Below are positions 50,030-61,200 of a stretch of DNA of 64,000 bases, in pieces. Below the pieces are notes generated by a model. The model ran no database searches, was not told the DNA's origin, and worked only from the letters and a program-made list of their open reading frames with translations. This DNA is from an uncultured bacterium. GTDB lineage: Bacteria; Fidelibacterota; Marinisomatia; Marinisomatales; UBA1611. The first letter of the stretch is position 1. Each line of letters starts with the position of its first letter. The stretch spans positions 61,227 to 125,226 of the forward strand of contig CALSPG010000008.1 of assembly GCA_943788175.1 (NCBI GenBank), in the 5' to 3' direction. A program made the position numbers and the translations under genes.

Positions 50030-53000
50030 ATGAGTAAACAAATGAAACCATTCATAGTAAATAAAAATTTGTCTTTCACATTAATAATCCTCTTCTTAAT
50101 TGGGTGTTCTAATATAATCGATGAGAAAGATTTGGTAGAAAGAGCATCTATTAAATATTTAAAAAATAATGATGTTCCTTTTACTGGTGAAGTGTTAGGT
50201 CAATTTGATAATGGACAAAATCAAATTGAAGGTCAGTATAATGAAGGTAAACGATTTGGCGTTTGGATAGAATACTATAATAATGGTAGTAAAAAAGAAG
50301 AGGGTAAGTATAAGGATGGCCTAAAGGTTGAAGAGTGGTTTACTTATTTTAAAGATGGCATCATAAAATCAAAAGGCGTCTATACAAGTGGGCTAAAAGA
50401 TGGATTATGGAAGTATTGGTACAATAGTGGTAAGAAAGAAAAAGAACTACAGTTTTTAGAAAATAGAGAAAATGGCCAGGCCCTTACATGGTATGAAAAT
50501 GAAAAAGAAAAAAGTGTAAGTACGTATTCGGTTGGCGTTCTGAATGGCGAGTTTTTAGAATGGGATCAAAATGGAAATATAATATCCAAAGGTATTTTTA
50601 AATCTGGGGAAAGATGGTCGGGGTATTTTGGAGATGATCATTACATAAACGGGAAGAGAGGATCTTTATTTGTAAAATATTTTAAAAATGGACAAAAAAA
50701 AATTGAGGGTATATTAATTGATGGTAAAAAAACTGGGTCATGGAGTGAGTGGTATGCTAGCGGTGATAGAAAGTTTTCGGGAGATTATAAGGCTAATATG
50801 AGAGATGGCCGCTGGATAGAGTGGGATGAAAAGGGTAAAGAAATTACTAATGGTGTTTATAAAAAAGACACACCGTGGAGAGGTCAGTTCGAAAACTTTT
50901 TCTATAGTAATGGAAAGGTAGCCCAAGAATATTTTGAATATCATAATGATGGTTCAAAAAAGATTGTTGGTACTTTTATTAATAATAAAAAGTCTGGTCA
51001 GTGGTCTGAATGGTATGAAGATGGGAAAGAAAAATATATCGGGAATTTTTTAAAAAATAAAAGACATGGAACATGGATAGAGTGGGATGAAAATGGTAAT
51101 GAAATTATTAATGGAGAATACCGTCATAACCAAAAATGGCAAGGTAGATTTAATGAAAAAAATTATTTAAGCGGTTTACTCAGGGAAGAGGTTGTTGAAA
51201 ATTATCCAAATGGTGGTATTAAAGCTTCAGGCGTTTTAGTCAATGAAGTAAAAATTGGTTCTTGGAGTTATTGGTACGAAAACAACATACTTAGAGAATC
51301 AGGGTTTTTCACAAATGATATTAAAGATTCTGAATGGATAGGTAATTATGAAAGTGGTAATAAGAAATATATTGGAAGTTATGTCAATGGGAAAAAAGAA
51401 GGCCTTTGGACTCAATGGTATGATGATACCTTAAAACAATATGAAGGATATTTTATAGGTGGAGTAAAAGATGGTGATTGGGTTGAGTGGGACAAGTATG
51501 GGAATATTAATGTCAACATAAAATATTTAGACGGTAAAAAATGGACGGGAAGGTATGATGATGTCTTTTATATCGAAGGTATTGAAAAGAAGGGTGTGAA
51601 AACAAACTACCCAAATGGTGTATTAAAAGATGAAGGTATTATTTTTAATGATAAAAAAATAGGTCGTTGGACTGAGTATTTTGATAATGGTAAAAGGAAA
51701 AATACAGGCCTATATCTTGATGGCCTTGAGCATGGGAAATGGTATTATTGGTATAAAAGCGGTAAAAAAGAAAAGGTAGGTGCTTATCAAGAGGGTAAAA
51801 AAGATGGTCCATGGAAAGGTTGGTATTTTAATGGGAATAACTTTTTTGAGCGGAATTATAGTCTTGGTGAAAAAAACGGGAAATGGGTTTGGTGGTATGA
51901 TAACAAAAAGTTAAAATATTCAGGATATTATGTAAAAGATTCGAAAGATGGTAAATGGATTGAATATACTTCTGATGGCAAGCTACTTGTTGATGGCATA
52001 TATGATATAGGAACAGAATGGAATGGCATTTTTAAGGGTGAATATTATTTTGACGGTATCAAAGCAGAGGAGCATAATGATTATTTTGCCGATGGAGGTT
52101 CTACAGCAAAAATTTCTGCGAAAGGTTTAATGATAAACGATTCTATAAAAATTGGTAAATGGGACTTTTTCCGAAAAGATGGTTCAAAGAAAAATAGCGG
52201 GAATTTTGATAAAAATAAAAAAACTGGTGAGTGGGAATATTGGTATAAAAGTGGTGATAAAGAGAAAGTTGGGTTCTTTAGAAAAGATATGATGGATGGC
52301 AAATGGGAAGGATGGTATTACTCGGGACAAAAATTTTATATAAGGACGTATAAATTAGGTAAAAAGGAAGGACTTTGGGCTTGGTGGAATAGTGATGGAA
52401 GCAAAAAATACGAGGGTATGTATTTAAATGATAAAAAAGATGGTAAGTGGAGCCAGTGGAATCAAAAGGGAGAGATTATAATTGAAGGTTCATATTATAA
52501 TGATATTAAATGGTCAGGTATTTTTGAAGATGGAAGATATTATAAAGGGCGGATGGCCAGTAGGTTCGAAGATTATTATGAAAACGGAACTCTAAAAGCG
52601 CAGGGATTACAAATAGGCGATATAAAATTAGATATGTGGAATTATTATTATGAAAATGGTAATAATAAAGAAACGGGTTCTTATGACGAAAGTGGAAAAA
52701 TTGGAGAATGGGCAACCTGGTATAAAAGTGGAAAGAAAAAAGATATAGGTAGCTACTTTGATAACAAAAAAAATGGCGAGTGGAGAGCCTGGTATTATAA
52801 TGGGCAAAGATATTATAAAAGAAATTATAAAGATGGGCAAAAACATGGCGCCTGGACATGGTGGTATGATAATGGTCAAAAAAAATATAATGGGGATTAT
52901 TATAAAGGTAAAAAAGATGGGCAATGGTTCGAATGGTCAAGTGATGGAAATCTGATAGTAAGTGGTTCATATAAAGGTGGTAAACGTTGGGACGGAATTT

Positions 53001-53044
53001 TTAAGGGCACAAAATACATATCTGGTGAAAAACAAAATTTGTAA
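50030..53044 (+). CDS. MORN-variant (YwqK-like) repeat lipoprotein
   Basis: Lipobox LIGC; about 35 repeats of W..WY.NG.K...G.Y..GKK.G. Confidence 0.9.
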   Translation: MSKQMKPFIVNKNLSFTLIILFLIGCSNIIDEKDLVERASIKYLKNNDVPFTGEVLGQFDNGQNQIEGQYNEGKRFGVWIEYYNNGSKKEEGKYKDGLKVEEWFTYFKDGIIKSKGVYTSGLKDGLWKYWYNSGKKEKELQFLENRENGQALTWYENEKEKSVSTYSVGVLNGEFLEWDQNGNIISKGIFKSGERWSGYFGDDHYINGKRGSLFVKYFKNGQKKIEGILIDGKKTGSWSEWYASGDRKFSGDYKANMRDGRWIEWDEKGKEITNGVYKKDTPWRGQFENFFYSNGKVAQEYFEYHNDGSKKIVGTFINNKKSGQWSEWYEDGKEKYIGNFLKNKRHGTWIEWDENGNEIINGEYRHNQKWQGRFNEKNYLSGLLREEVVENYPNGGIKASGVLVNEVKIGSWSYWYENNILRESGFFTNDIKDSEWIGNYESGNKKYIGSYVNGKKEGLWTQWYDDTLKQYEGYFIGGVKDGDWVEWDKYGNINVNIKYLDGKKWTGRYDDVFYIEGIEKKGVKTNYPNGVLKDEGIIFNDKKIGRWTEYFDNGKRKNTGLYLDGLEHGKWYYWYKSGKKEKVGAYQEGKKDGPWKGWYFNGNNFFERNYSLGEKNGKWVWWYDNKKLKYSGYYVKDSKDGKWIEYTSDGKLLVDGIYDIGTEWNGIFKGEYYFDGIKAEEHNDYFADGGSTAKISAKGLMINDSIKIGKWDFFRKDGSKKNSGNFDKNKKTGEWEYWYKSGDKEKVGFFRKDMMDGKWEGWYYSGQKFYIRTYKLGKKEGLWAWWNSDGSKKYEGMYLNDKKDGKWSQWNQKGEIIIEGSYYNDIKWSGIFEDGRYYKGRMASRFEDYYENGTLKAQGLQIGDIKLDMWNYYYENGNNKETGSYDESGKIGEWATWYKSGKKKDIGSYFDNKKNGEWRAWYYNGQRYYKRNYKDGQKHGAWTWWYDNGQKKYNGDYYKGKKDGQWFEWSSDGNLIVSGSYKGGKRWDGIFKGTKYISGEKQNL

Positions 53045-53082
53045 AAACTTTATCTCATTTTGATTTTTCTAAGTATAATATA

Positions 53083-53988
53083 ATGAAATCAAATCTTCGT
53101 TTTGCCGCAATTGATATTGGCAGTAATGCTATTAGACTTTTATTTTCAAGAATAATAGAAAATGAATTAAAACCTCACTTTTTAATTAAAGAATCATTAA
53201 TTCGAATGCCTCTCAGGCTTGGCAAAGACTCATTTAATGCTGGCGAAATTTCAGAAGCAAATTGTAAAAAGTTCTTAAACACAATGATTGGTTTCAAAAA
53301 TTTAATGGATGCATATGATCCAATGAATTACAGAGCTTGCGCTACTGCCGCGATGCGAAATGCAAAAAATGGAAAAGACCTAGCTCGAATTGTGGAGCTA
53401 AAAACAGGTATAAAAATTGATATAATTAATGGTGCTGAAGAAGCAGCAATGATTTTATCAAAGAATATTAACCAGTACTTAAAAAAAGAAAAAAGTTATT
53501 TGCACATTGATGTCGGAGGTGGTAGTACTGAACTAACATTTATCGTCAATGGTCAAATCGAAAATTCTAAATCATTTTCAATTGGGTCAGTTAGATTATT
53601 AGAGGGTAAGGTGAGCAAAAAATCTTGGAATGATATGAAAGAGTGGATTAAAAATAATACGAATTCAATCCTTCGCATTAAGGCAATTGGAAGTGGTGGA
53701 AACATTAACAAGATTGCTTCTATGTTGGGAAAGAAAAAAGGAGAATATGTTCCTTATAATGGTATTAAAATTTTGCTAAAAAAAATTGAAGCTAAAGATT
53801 TCCATCAGCGTATTACTCAATTTGGTCTTAGGCCTGATAGGGCTGATGTGATTATTCATGCTAGTAAAATTTATTTAAATTGTATGAAGTGGTCAAAAGC
53901 TCAAAATATTCTTGTTCCGCAATCTGGACTCGCTGATGGAATAATTGAACAATTATACGATAATTATAAATCAGTATCTAAAAGTTAA
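53083..53988 (+). CDS. ppx: Exopolyphosphatase Ppx/GppA (short form)
   Basis: AIDIGSNAIRL, ATAAMRNAKN, INGAEEA, DVGGGSTE, RADVI, GLADG. Confidence 0.92.
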   Translation: MKSNLRFAAIDIGSNAIRLLFSRIIENELKPHFLIKESLIRMPLRLGKDSFNAGEISEANCKKFLNTMIGFKNLMDAYDPMNYRACATAAMRNAKNGKDLARIVELKTGIKIDIINGAEEAAMILSKNINQYLKKEKSYLHIDVGGGSTELTFIVNGQIENSKSFSIGSVRLLEGKVSKKSWNDMKEWIKNNTNSILRIKAIGSGGNINKIASMLGKKKGEYVPYNGIKILLKKIEAKDFHQRITQFGLRPDRADVIIHASKIYLNCMKWSKAQNILVPQSGLADGIIEQLYDNYKSVSKS

Positions 53989-54003
53989 TTTTTAAATTTT
54001 TCA

Positions 54004-56103
54004 TTGTCGTCCATTAAAAAACATAAATTGAAATTCATTCCAAAAAAACCAATTATGGTTTGGGATGGTGATTGTAGTTTTTGCAGAAGCTTTGCGGAGC
54101 GATTTGAAGCAAGTTCCAATGATGTTGTAGAATTCATTCCATACCAGTCCTTGAACAAAAAGTATCCAAATGCTCCAAAATTAGATTATGAAAAATCTGT
54201 AGTTTTTTTTTCCTCAACTAGTGTAACAATTGGCGCTGAAGCTATTTTTAGTTTTTTTAATGTAATTGGTAAAAAGTGGCCAAAAAAACTATATGAAAAT
54301 TCTAAACTCATTTCAAAATTGTCTGAGTTCTTTTATGGTTGTATAGCAAAAAATAGAAAACTTTTTGGGTTTTTTAGTCGGATGCTTTTTGGCGATAATT
54401 TTATGCCAGATTCTTACAAAGTAAGTTCATGGATTTTTGGTAGAATGCTTGGTTTAGTTGGTGCTGCAGCATTTCTGTCATTTTGGGTTCAGGCTGAATT
54501 AATAATTAGTTCAAATGGAATACTACCTTTTGCTGAAAACTTAACTCAAATAGAATCATTTATTATTAAATCAGATTTAGATACATCTAAATGGCTTGCT
54601 AAACCAACACTATTGTGGCTTTATAAATCAGACTTATGGTTAAATATGGTTTTACTTTTAGGCTTTATTTCTTCATTGTCTCTGGCGATTGGTTTAGTTC
54701 CACATCTATCAATCTTATTATCATGGGTTTCTTATTTATCAATAGCTTCAGTTTCTGAACCATTTTTGAATTTTCAATGGGATGCTTTGCTATTAGAAGT
54801 TTACCTAATCTCAATATTTTTTGTGCCTTGGAGAGTTTTCCATAATAAAAACAATATTGAATCACCGTCTACCATTGGAAGGTGGCTATTGTGGCTATTG
54901 ATTATGAAGTTAATGCTTCAATCAGGTATAGTAAAATTTACTTTTTTTGATGTAGATGGTTCAAATGCTTGGAGAGACTTAACGGCATTAGAATATCATT
55001 TTTGGACGCAACCTATTCCATCTTGGTTGAGTTATTATTTTGATATGCTACCAATGGTAATCGACAAAATCGCACTTTTTTTTACATATGTATGCGAACT
55101 TATTATTCCGTTTTTCATCTTATTACCAAGGAAGATGCGGAGAATAGCAGCCATCTTATTAATATTATTCCAATTTTTGATTATTCTTTCAGGTAATTAT
55201 GGTTTTTTTAATTTATTAACAATCGCGCTCTGCATTTCTCTTTTTGATGATCAATATTTAAGAAAATTTAATTTTGATTTGGTCACTGATGGTAAACCCT
55301 TTCTTAAAAGTCATATAATATTTAAAAAAATAAAAAGAGGTTTAAGTTTTCTTGTTTTAATATTATTTGTTTATTCTTTTGTTATATTTTTAGGAAGGGA
55401 CCTTGAGGGTAATCGGTTATCGAGTTCAGGCCTGAATAAAAAAGTCTCAGTTCTAGAACAAAAAATATTAGATTTTTCTCAAACTTCTAGATCAATTAAT
55501 TCTTATGGCCTTTTTAGAGTAATGACTAAAACCAGGCCAGAATTTAAAATTGAATTACAATATGAAGACAGTCTATGGGTTCCAATCGATTTTAATTATA
55601 AGCCTAATCGTATTAAAAAAAGACCCGCTTTCTTTTTTCCTCATATGCCTAGAGTAGATTGGCAGATTTGGTTTGAAGCGCTTTATTATGAAAATCTTTT
55701 ATCTGATCCTTTTTTATTATCATCTTATCAAAATTTTTTATCCACAATGGTTTCAAAAGATTTAAAACTTTCTAATATTTCTATTGATGAATTTTTAAGT
55801 GTGAAGGCAAAAAAAATACTTAAAACATTGCCCCCAGCTGAAAGAAACAGTTATTTGAATCGTTTAAGTTCAAGTTTAAATAGTTATCTAGGACACTCTT
55901 ATTGGTTTGCTATGTTTTTATCTAGTTTAATAGATAAAGAATCAAGCGTTTTTCACAATTATAGAATTAAAGATAATCTTGATATAATTAAAATGAAAGT
56001 CAGTTTAAGTCATTTTACTTTTAATCATGATAGTAAAAATTCAAGTAATTGGTGGGTGAAGAAAGATATTGAAAAATCTGCTTTTACTATTGAACTACGA
56101 TAG
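54004..56103 (+). CDS. DCC1-like thiol-disulfide oxidoreductase fused to lipase maturation factor (LMF) domain
   Basis: WDGDCSFC; FLNFQWDALLLE, WRDLTALEYHFWTQPIP, SGNYGFFNLLT, YGLFRVMT..RPE, PHMPRVDWQIWF. Confidence 0.9.
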   Translation: MSSIKKHKLKFIPKKPIMVWDGDCSFCRSFAERFEASSNDVVEFIPYQSLNKKYPNAPKLDYEKSVVFFSSTSVTIGAEAIFSFFNVIGKKWPKKLYENSKLISKLSEFFYGCIAKNRKLFGFFSRMLFGDNFMPDSYKVSSWIFGRMLGLVGAAAFLSFWVQAELIISSNGILPFAENLTQIESFIIKSDLDTSKWLAKPTLLWLYKSDLWLNMVLLLGFISSLSLAIGLVPHLSILLSWVSYLSIASVSEPFLNFQWDALLLEVYLISIFFVPWRVFHNKNNIESPSTIGRWLLWLLIMKLMLQSGIVKFTFFDVDGSNAWRDLTALEYHFWTQPIPSWLSYYFDMLPMVIDKIALFFTYVCELIIPFFILLPRKMRRIAAILLILFQFLIILSGNYGFFNLLTIALCISLFDDQYLRKFNFDLVTDGKPFLKSHIIFKKIKRGLSFLVLILFVYSFVIFLGRDLEGNRLSSSGLNKKVSVLEQKILDFSQTSRSINSYGLFRVMTKTRPEFKIELQYEDSLWVPIDFNYKPNRIKKRPAFFFPHMPRVDWQIWFEALYYENLLSDPFLLSSYQNFLSTMVSKDLKLSNISIDEFLSVKAKKILKTLPPAERNSYLNRLSSSLNSYLGHSYWFAMFLSSLIDKESSVFHNYRIKDNLDIIKMKVSLSHFTFNHDSKNSSNWWVKKDIEKSAFTIELR

Positions 56104-56153
56104 TATTGTAATAAATTCTTAAAATTTTTAACATTTAAATAAAAGTATATCGA

Positions 56154-58211
56154 ATGAAAAATATTAACCTTATAATTTTATATTTCTTCTTTTTTTTGGG
56201 ATTTGTTTTTTCGCAAAACATTGAGACAAAAAAACTTGAAAATAAGAACAAAAAAAATAAAGCACCCACCGCTATTACCGGTAAAAACATTCAAACTTTC
56301 CCTGGGGCGACAATAACTCTGTCAGGTGAAAAATCTGAAGATCCTGATGAAGATTTATTGCAGTACATATGGTCTTTTCCACCTTCTTTTATTTTTGAAG
56401 AAAACTATAAATATGATAAAACAGATAGATTGGTGATTTATACAAACCTTAAAGACAATTCAATAAAATCTATAGAAACATATACCAGGTCCTTTTTAGT
56501 AGACTTGCCTAACTCTTTACCAATTGGATCAAAACATACTATTAATTTGACTGTAAAGGACCCTGGAGGATTAACCTCTAGTGATTCATTTACAGTTAGT
56601 ACAATAATGCCGGATTCATCGCAGATAGCGGACAAAAATGATGATTATCCGGGAAAAGGAACTAAATCTATTAAAAAAGAAAACAACATTTCGATATCTA
56701 TTCAATCAATCACTTCTCAAAGTAGTGCTTCAATGAATTCATCAGCAATCAATGGAATGATTTATAATATTTTGAAAAATTTAGGAATGGATAATATTAT
56801 TGATCCAAGTGCCTACATTGCCGATACGTTGTATACTATTAAAAAAAGTAACCTTACAAAAGCGGCATTGAAGTCTAAATATAATGATGTTTGTGAAACA
56901 GATTCGTGTGCCGCTCAAAACGCGATTATGCTGAAAGCGACTCATGTATTAACCTGGAGCTTTAGTAAACATAGTTCACTTGTTATGAATTTTTATAAGC
57001 CGGATGAATATCTTCAAAAAAATACTCAATATTCATGGTCAGGATTTTCTGTCCCTGTCAACCCTAAAGATGCTAATAAAACAAAGCTTCCGAACGCTAT
57101 TTCGATAAGTAATAATGATGATCTTTTTATAACAAGTGGTAATAATAATAATGTTTACAAACTTGGTTTAGATCAAAAATTAGAAGAACTCATTACAGGG
57201 AAAGTATATAATAAAGAGTTGTCAAACCCCTCGGGAATTGATATTGGTGCAAACGGAAAAATCTATGTTTCTGATAAAGATAATAATAGAATCATTAGCA
57301 TGATGAATGGCAAGTATCAAAAAATAGCAGATGAAAATTCATCCCCAAAAATTATTAAGCCAACATCTATAAGATATTTAGGCAATGGTTCTATAGCGGT
57401 ATTGTGCGAAGGTGATCAATCAATAAGAAAAGTATCTTCAAATGGTAGAGTCTCAACAATTTTAGCGCCTGGAATAGTTGAGGGTATGACTGATATAGCC
57501 GTAGATAATGATGGAAAATTTTTTGTTGTAAGTCCTCATCTTGAGCAAGTGTTCAAAATTATAAATAGTAAAAAAGTTGAGGTGATAGCTGGCTTTAAAA
57601 AAGGGGATGGACTTAAAGGAAATAAAATACCAGCAAAAGAAGCGCAACTATTTTACCCGGTGTCAATTGATTTTGATGATTCTGGTAAGCTATACATTGC
57701 TGAAAAAGGGAAAGGACTCATTAGGTATGTGGATTCTGAAAATCTTTTAATTAAGATTGCTGGTGGAGGAAATATTGCTTCACCTAGTGGTTATGTTAAT
57801 TCTGCTGACCTTAAACTAACAAACATGTCAAGTATGAGAGTTGGTAAGGATCAGAGTATTTATGTATCCCAAATGCTTGATAACTCTTTAATATGTATTG
57901 ATATTAAAGAAAAGTATGAATTTTTAGGAAATGAGAACTTTATGACCCCAATGTATTTAATTCAAAAAGATGGTATATCAGCTTTAGAACCTTATTTGCT
58001 TTCATCGTTACCCAAGCTTTTAAAAGGATTCGCTCCTAGACAAAAAATATCAGTTAAAGAAAGCTTTAAAAAAATAAATAAAAATGCAGCGACTTACTTT
58101 AAAGATAGACCTGTTCTTTTTGCAGTTTTAATGGTTGCGACGACTCAAGCAATTCAATCTATTGCTGAAAATTCGAAGTCATTAGACACACCACCAGATT
58201 TTCCATTTTAA
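56154..58211 (+). CDS. Exported protein with PKD-like Ig domain, CxxxxC module and NHL beta-propeller
   Basis: Signal peptide; NKAPTA...ITLSGEKSEDPD.D.LQYIW...LTVKD.GG; LSNPSGIDIG.NGKIYVSD..NNRI; LFYPVSIDFDDSGKLYIAE. Confidence 0.8.
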   Translation: MKNINLIILYFFFFLGFVFSQNIETKKLENKNKKNKAPTAITGKNIQTFPGATITLSGEKSEDPDEDLLQYIWSFPPSFIFEENYKYDKTDRLVIYTNLKDNSIKSIETYTRSFLVDLPNSLPIGSKHTINLTVKDPGGLTSSDSFTVSTIMPDSSQIADKNDDYPGKGTKSIKKENNISISIQSITSQSSASMNSSAINGMIYNILKNLGMDNIIDPSAYIADTLYTIKKSNLTKAALKSKYNDVCETDSCAAQNAIMLKATHVLTWSFSKHSSLVMNFYKPDEYLQKNTQYSWSGFSVPVNPKDANKTKLPNAISISNNDDLFITSGNNNNVYKLGLDQKLEELITGKVYNKELSNPSGIDIGANGKIYVSDKDNNRIISMMNGKYQKIADENSSPKIIKPTSIRYLGNGSIAVLCEGDQSIRKVSSNGRVSTILAPGIVEGMTDIAVDNDGKFFVVSPHLEQVFKIINSKKVEVIAGFKKGDGLKGNKIPAKEAQLFYPVSIDFDDSGKLYIAEKGKGLIRYVDSENLLIKIAGGGNIASPSGYVNSADLKLTNMSSMRVGKDQSIYVSQMLDNSLICIDIKEKYEFLGNENFMTPMYLIQKDGISALEPYLLSSLPKLLKGFAPRQKISVKESFKKINKNAATYFKDRPVLFAVLMVATTQAIQSIAENSKSLDTPPDFPF

Positions 58212-58252
58212 TTTAAAATTAACAAACAATCGTTTTTAATGAGGAGTATATC

Positions 58253-61200
58253 ATGAAAAAACTAATTTACATAGCAGCTATATTTTTAATACCGCTGCTA
58301 GCTCAAAATAAAAAAAATGAAATTAAGTTTTCTAATAAAACAGAAATTCTTAAAGTCAAAAATGAAAGCACTTCTGTAGCAGCAGTTCCTAGAAAAGTTG
58401 CTTATCAAGGTATTTTGACAAAAGATAATGGCCAACCAGCTGACGATAGAATGTACAACGTGAAGTTTCGATTATATAATTTGCTTGAAGGCGGAGAGCC
58501 CTTTTGGGAAGAATCTCAAATAATCTTTATAAATGATGGCCTTTTATCAGCTACTGTTGGTGTTTATAATGAACTTAATAAAATTCCCGCTAATGCATTT
58601 TTAGAAGTCGAAGTTGGGGGAAGTGTCCTGGAGCCAAGGCAAGAAATGACCTCTGTGTTTTATTCTATTATTTCTGATACTTCTTACTTTGCAAAAGGAT
58701 ATACGCGGACAGAGGACTTACCTCCTGTTTCATTATCTGGAGAGTATAGTGATCTAAAAAATATACCAGATACGTTAATAGCTGATGTCTTTATAGGAAG
58801 CGCTTCTGGGTTGACAGGAATATTAGCTGATTCAATTGGTGTCTTAAGTGGATCTCGACCTATTGTTTTTGAGGGTGATAATAATAATGAATTTCAAGTG
58901 TCGTTAAAAATTCAAGATCCAACATCCGATAATGAAATTATGATTCCCAATACAAGTGGAACAATCATTACGACTGGAAATGATCAGCTAATTGACAAAG
59001 TTGGAACCATTAATTCGGGGGCATGGAATGGCTCCAGAATAAATGATGCATTTATTAATGATGATTTAACTATTTTAGATGGTGAAATTAATGCAACCCC
59101 AATCGGGAATTCAGTGCCCTCATCTGCAAGTTTCACATCATTAACTACAGAAGATGGATTAAAAATTTACAATGGTAATATAGCTTTATCTAATGATGAA
59201 TTAAATGTTCTAGATAGTGTTGTACATGGGCAAGCTTCTCCTGGAAGAGCACTTGTGGTTGATAGTGAGAAAGATATTCTTTGGTCTAAGAAATATTAAC
59301 GCTGTAGGTACAGTGAATGCAGAATCGTTTGCTGGTATGTTTATGGGTGATGGTTCTGGTATCACTGGTGTTTCAGCAAGCTCAATTAAATCAGATGATT
59401 TGACGCCAGGTGATGCTGCTGTTACGATTACTACTTCTACTGGTGGGATAAATTTGACGCCAGCTGCAGGCTCATGATTGTTTTAGATGGATCAGTGAGT
59501 GTAGATGAAGGTATTGTTTCTGGGATAACAAGTTTAACAGCAGGCAGTATCAAACGGAACAGTTAATGCAGATCGTTTGCTGGTATGTTTATAGGTGATG
59601 GTTCTGGTATAACTGGTGTTTCAGCAACTCAATTAAATCAGATGATTTACGCCTGGTGATGCTGCTGTTACGATCAGTACTTCTACTGGTGGGATAAATT
59701 TGACGCCAGCTGCAGGTTCGATGATTGTTTTAGATGGATCAGTGAGTGTAGATGAAGGTATTGTTTCTGGGATAACAAGTTTAACAGCAGGAACTATCAG
59801 CGATGGAACCGCAACGCTTTCTAGCGGAGCTTTATCTGGAGCAACGACGATTACTGGTTCAGGTGCAATTACTGGTGGTTCATTAATCATAGATGAGGTA
59901 TTAATAAATCGATCAGAAATTGGTCATATACAAAACTCAGACTTAATTACTTTATCAGCTAACCAAGTTTTGGTAGATGGTGGAGTTACAGCCGGAACAT
60001 TAAATATAGGTGGAACAAATATAACAGCAACAGCGAATGAATTAAATTATGTTGATGGCGTTACTTCTAATATTCAGACGCAGTTGGATGCAAAGACAGG
60101 GATTACAACAGATCAAGCTTCTGCGATCACAGCAAATACCGCCAAGGTTGGTTACACAGATGATTTAGTAGCGGCAAATTCTGCTGTTGCAGCGAATACG
60201 GCAAAGACTGGAATTACAACAGATCAAGCTTCTGCGATCACAGCAAATACCGCCAAGGTTGGTTACACAGATGATTTAGTAGCGGCAAATTCTGCTGTTG
60301 CAGCAATACACGCGAAGACAGGAATTACAACAGATCAAGCTTCTGCGATTACAGCAAATACAGCAAAGGTTGGTTATACAGATGATCTAGTAGCAGCAAA
60401 CTCTGCTGTTGCAGCGAATACGGCAAAGACAGGAATCACAACAGATCAAGCTTCTGCGATACAGCAAATACCGCGCAAGGTTGAGTTATACAGATGATCT
60501 AGTAGCAGCAAACTCTGCTGTTGCAGCGAATACGGCAAAGACAGGGATCACAACATCTCAAGCTTCAGCAATTACAGCGAATACAGCAAAGACAGGGATT
60601 ACAACAGATCAAGCTTCTGCGATTACAGCAAATACCGCCAAGGTTGGTTATACAGATGATCTAGTAGCAGCAAACTCTGCTGTTGCAGCGAATACGGCAA
60701 AGACAGGAATCACAACAGCTCAAGCTTCAGCAATTACAGCGAATACAGCGAAGACAGGAATTACAACAGATCAAGCTTCTGCGATCACAGCAAATACCGC
60801 CAAGGTTGGTTACACAGATGATTTAGTAGCGGCAAATTCTGCTGTTGCAGCGAACACGGCAAAGACTGGAATTACAACAGATCAAGCTTCTGCGATCACA
60901 GCAAATACCGCCAAAGTTGGTTACACAGATGATTTAGTAGCGGCAAATTCTGCTGTTGCAGCGAACACGGCAAAGACTGGAATTACAACAGATCAAGCTT
61001 CTGCGATCACAGCAAATACCGCCAAGGTTGGTTACACAGATGATTTAGTAGCGGCAAATTCTGCTGTTGCAGCGAACTACGGCAAAGACTGGAATTACAA
61101 CAGATCAAGCTTCTGCGATCACAGCAAATACCGCCAAGGTTGGTTACACAGATGATTTAGTAGCGGCAAATTCTGCTGTTGCAGCAATACACGGCAAAGA

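Noticed and set aside
50030-53044. YwqK antitoxin of a toxin-antitoxin pair
   Set aside because: Shared MORN-variant repeat only; 1004-aa lipoprotein with no adjacent toxin
15592-53988. ppk2 and ppx as a polyphosphate cluster
   Set aside because: About 37 kb apart and unlinked; ordinary housekeeping genes
2847-57647. Antisense/overlapping short ORFs in the track (e.g. 2847-3320, 18602-18949, 32019-32231, 48630-49037, 52506-52970)
   Set aside because: Shadows of well-supported genes, with no motifs or RBS
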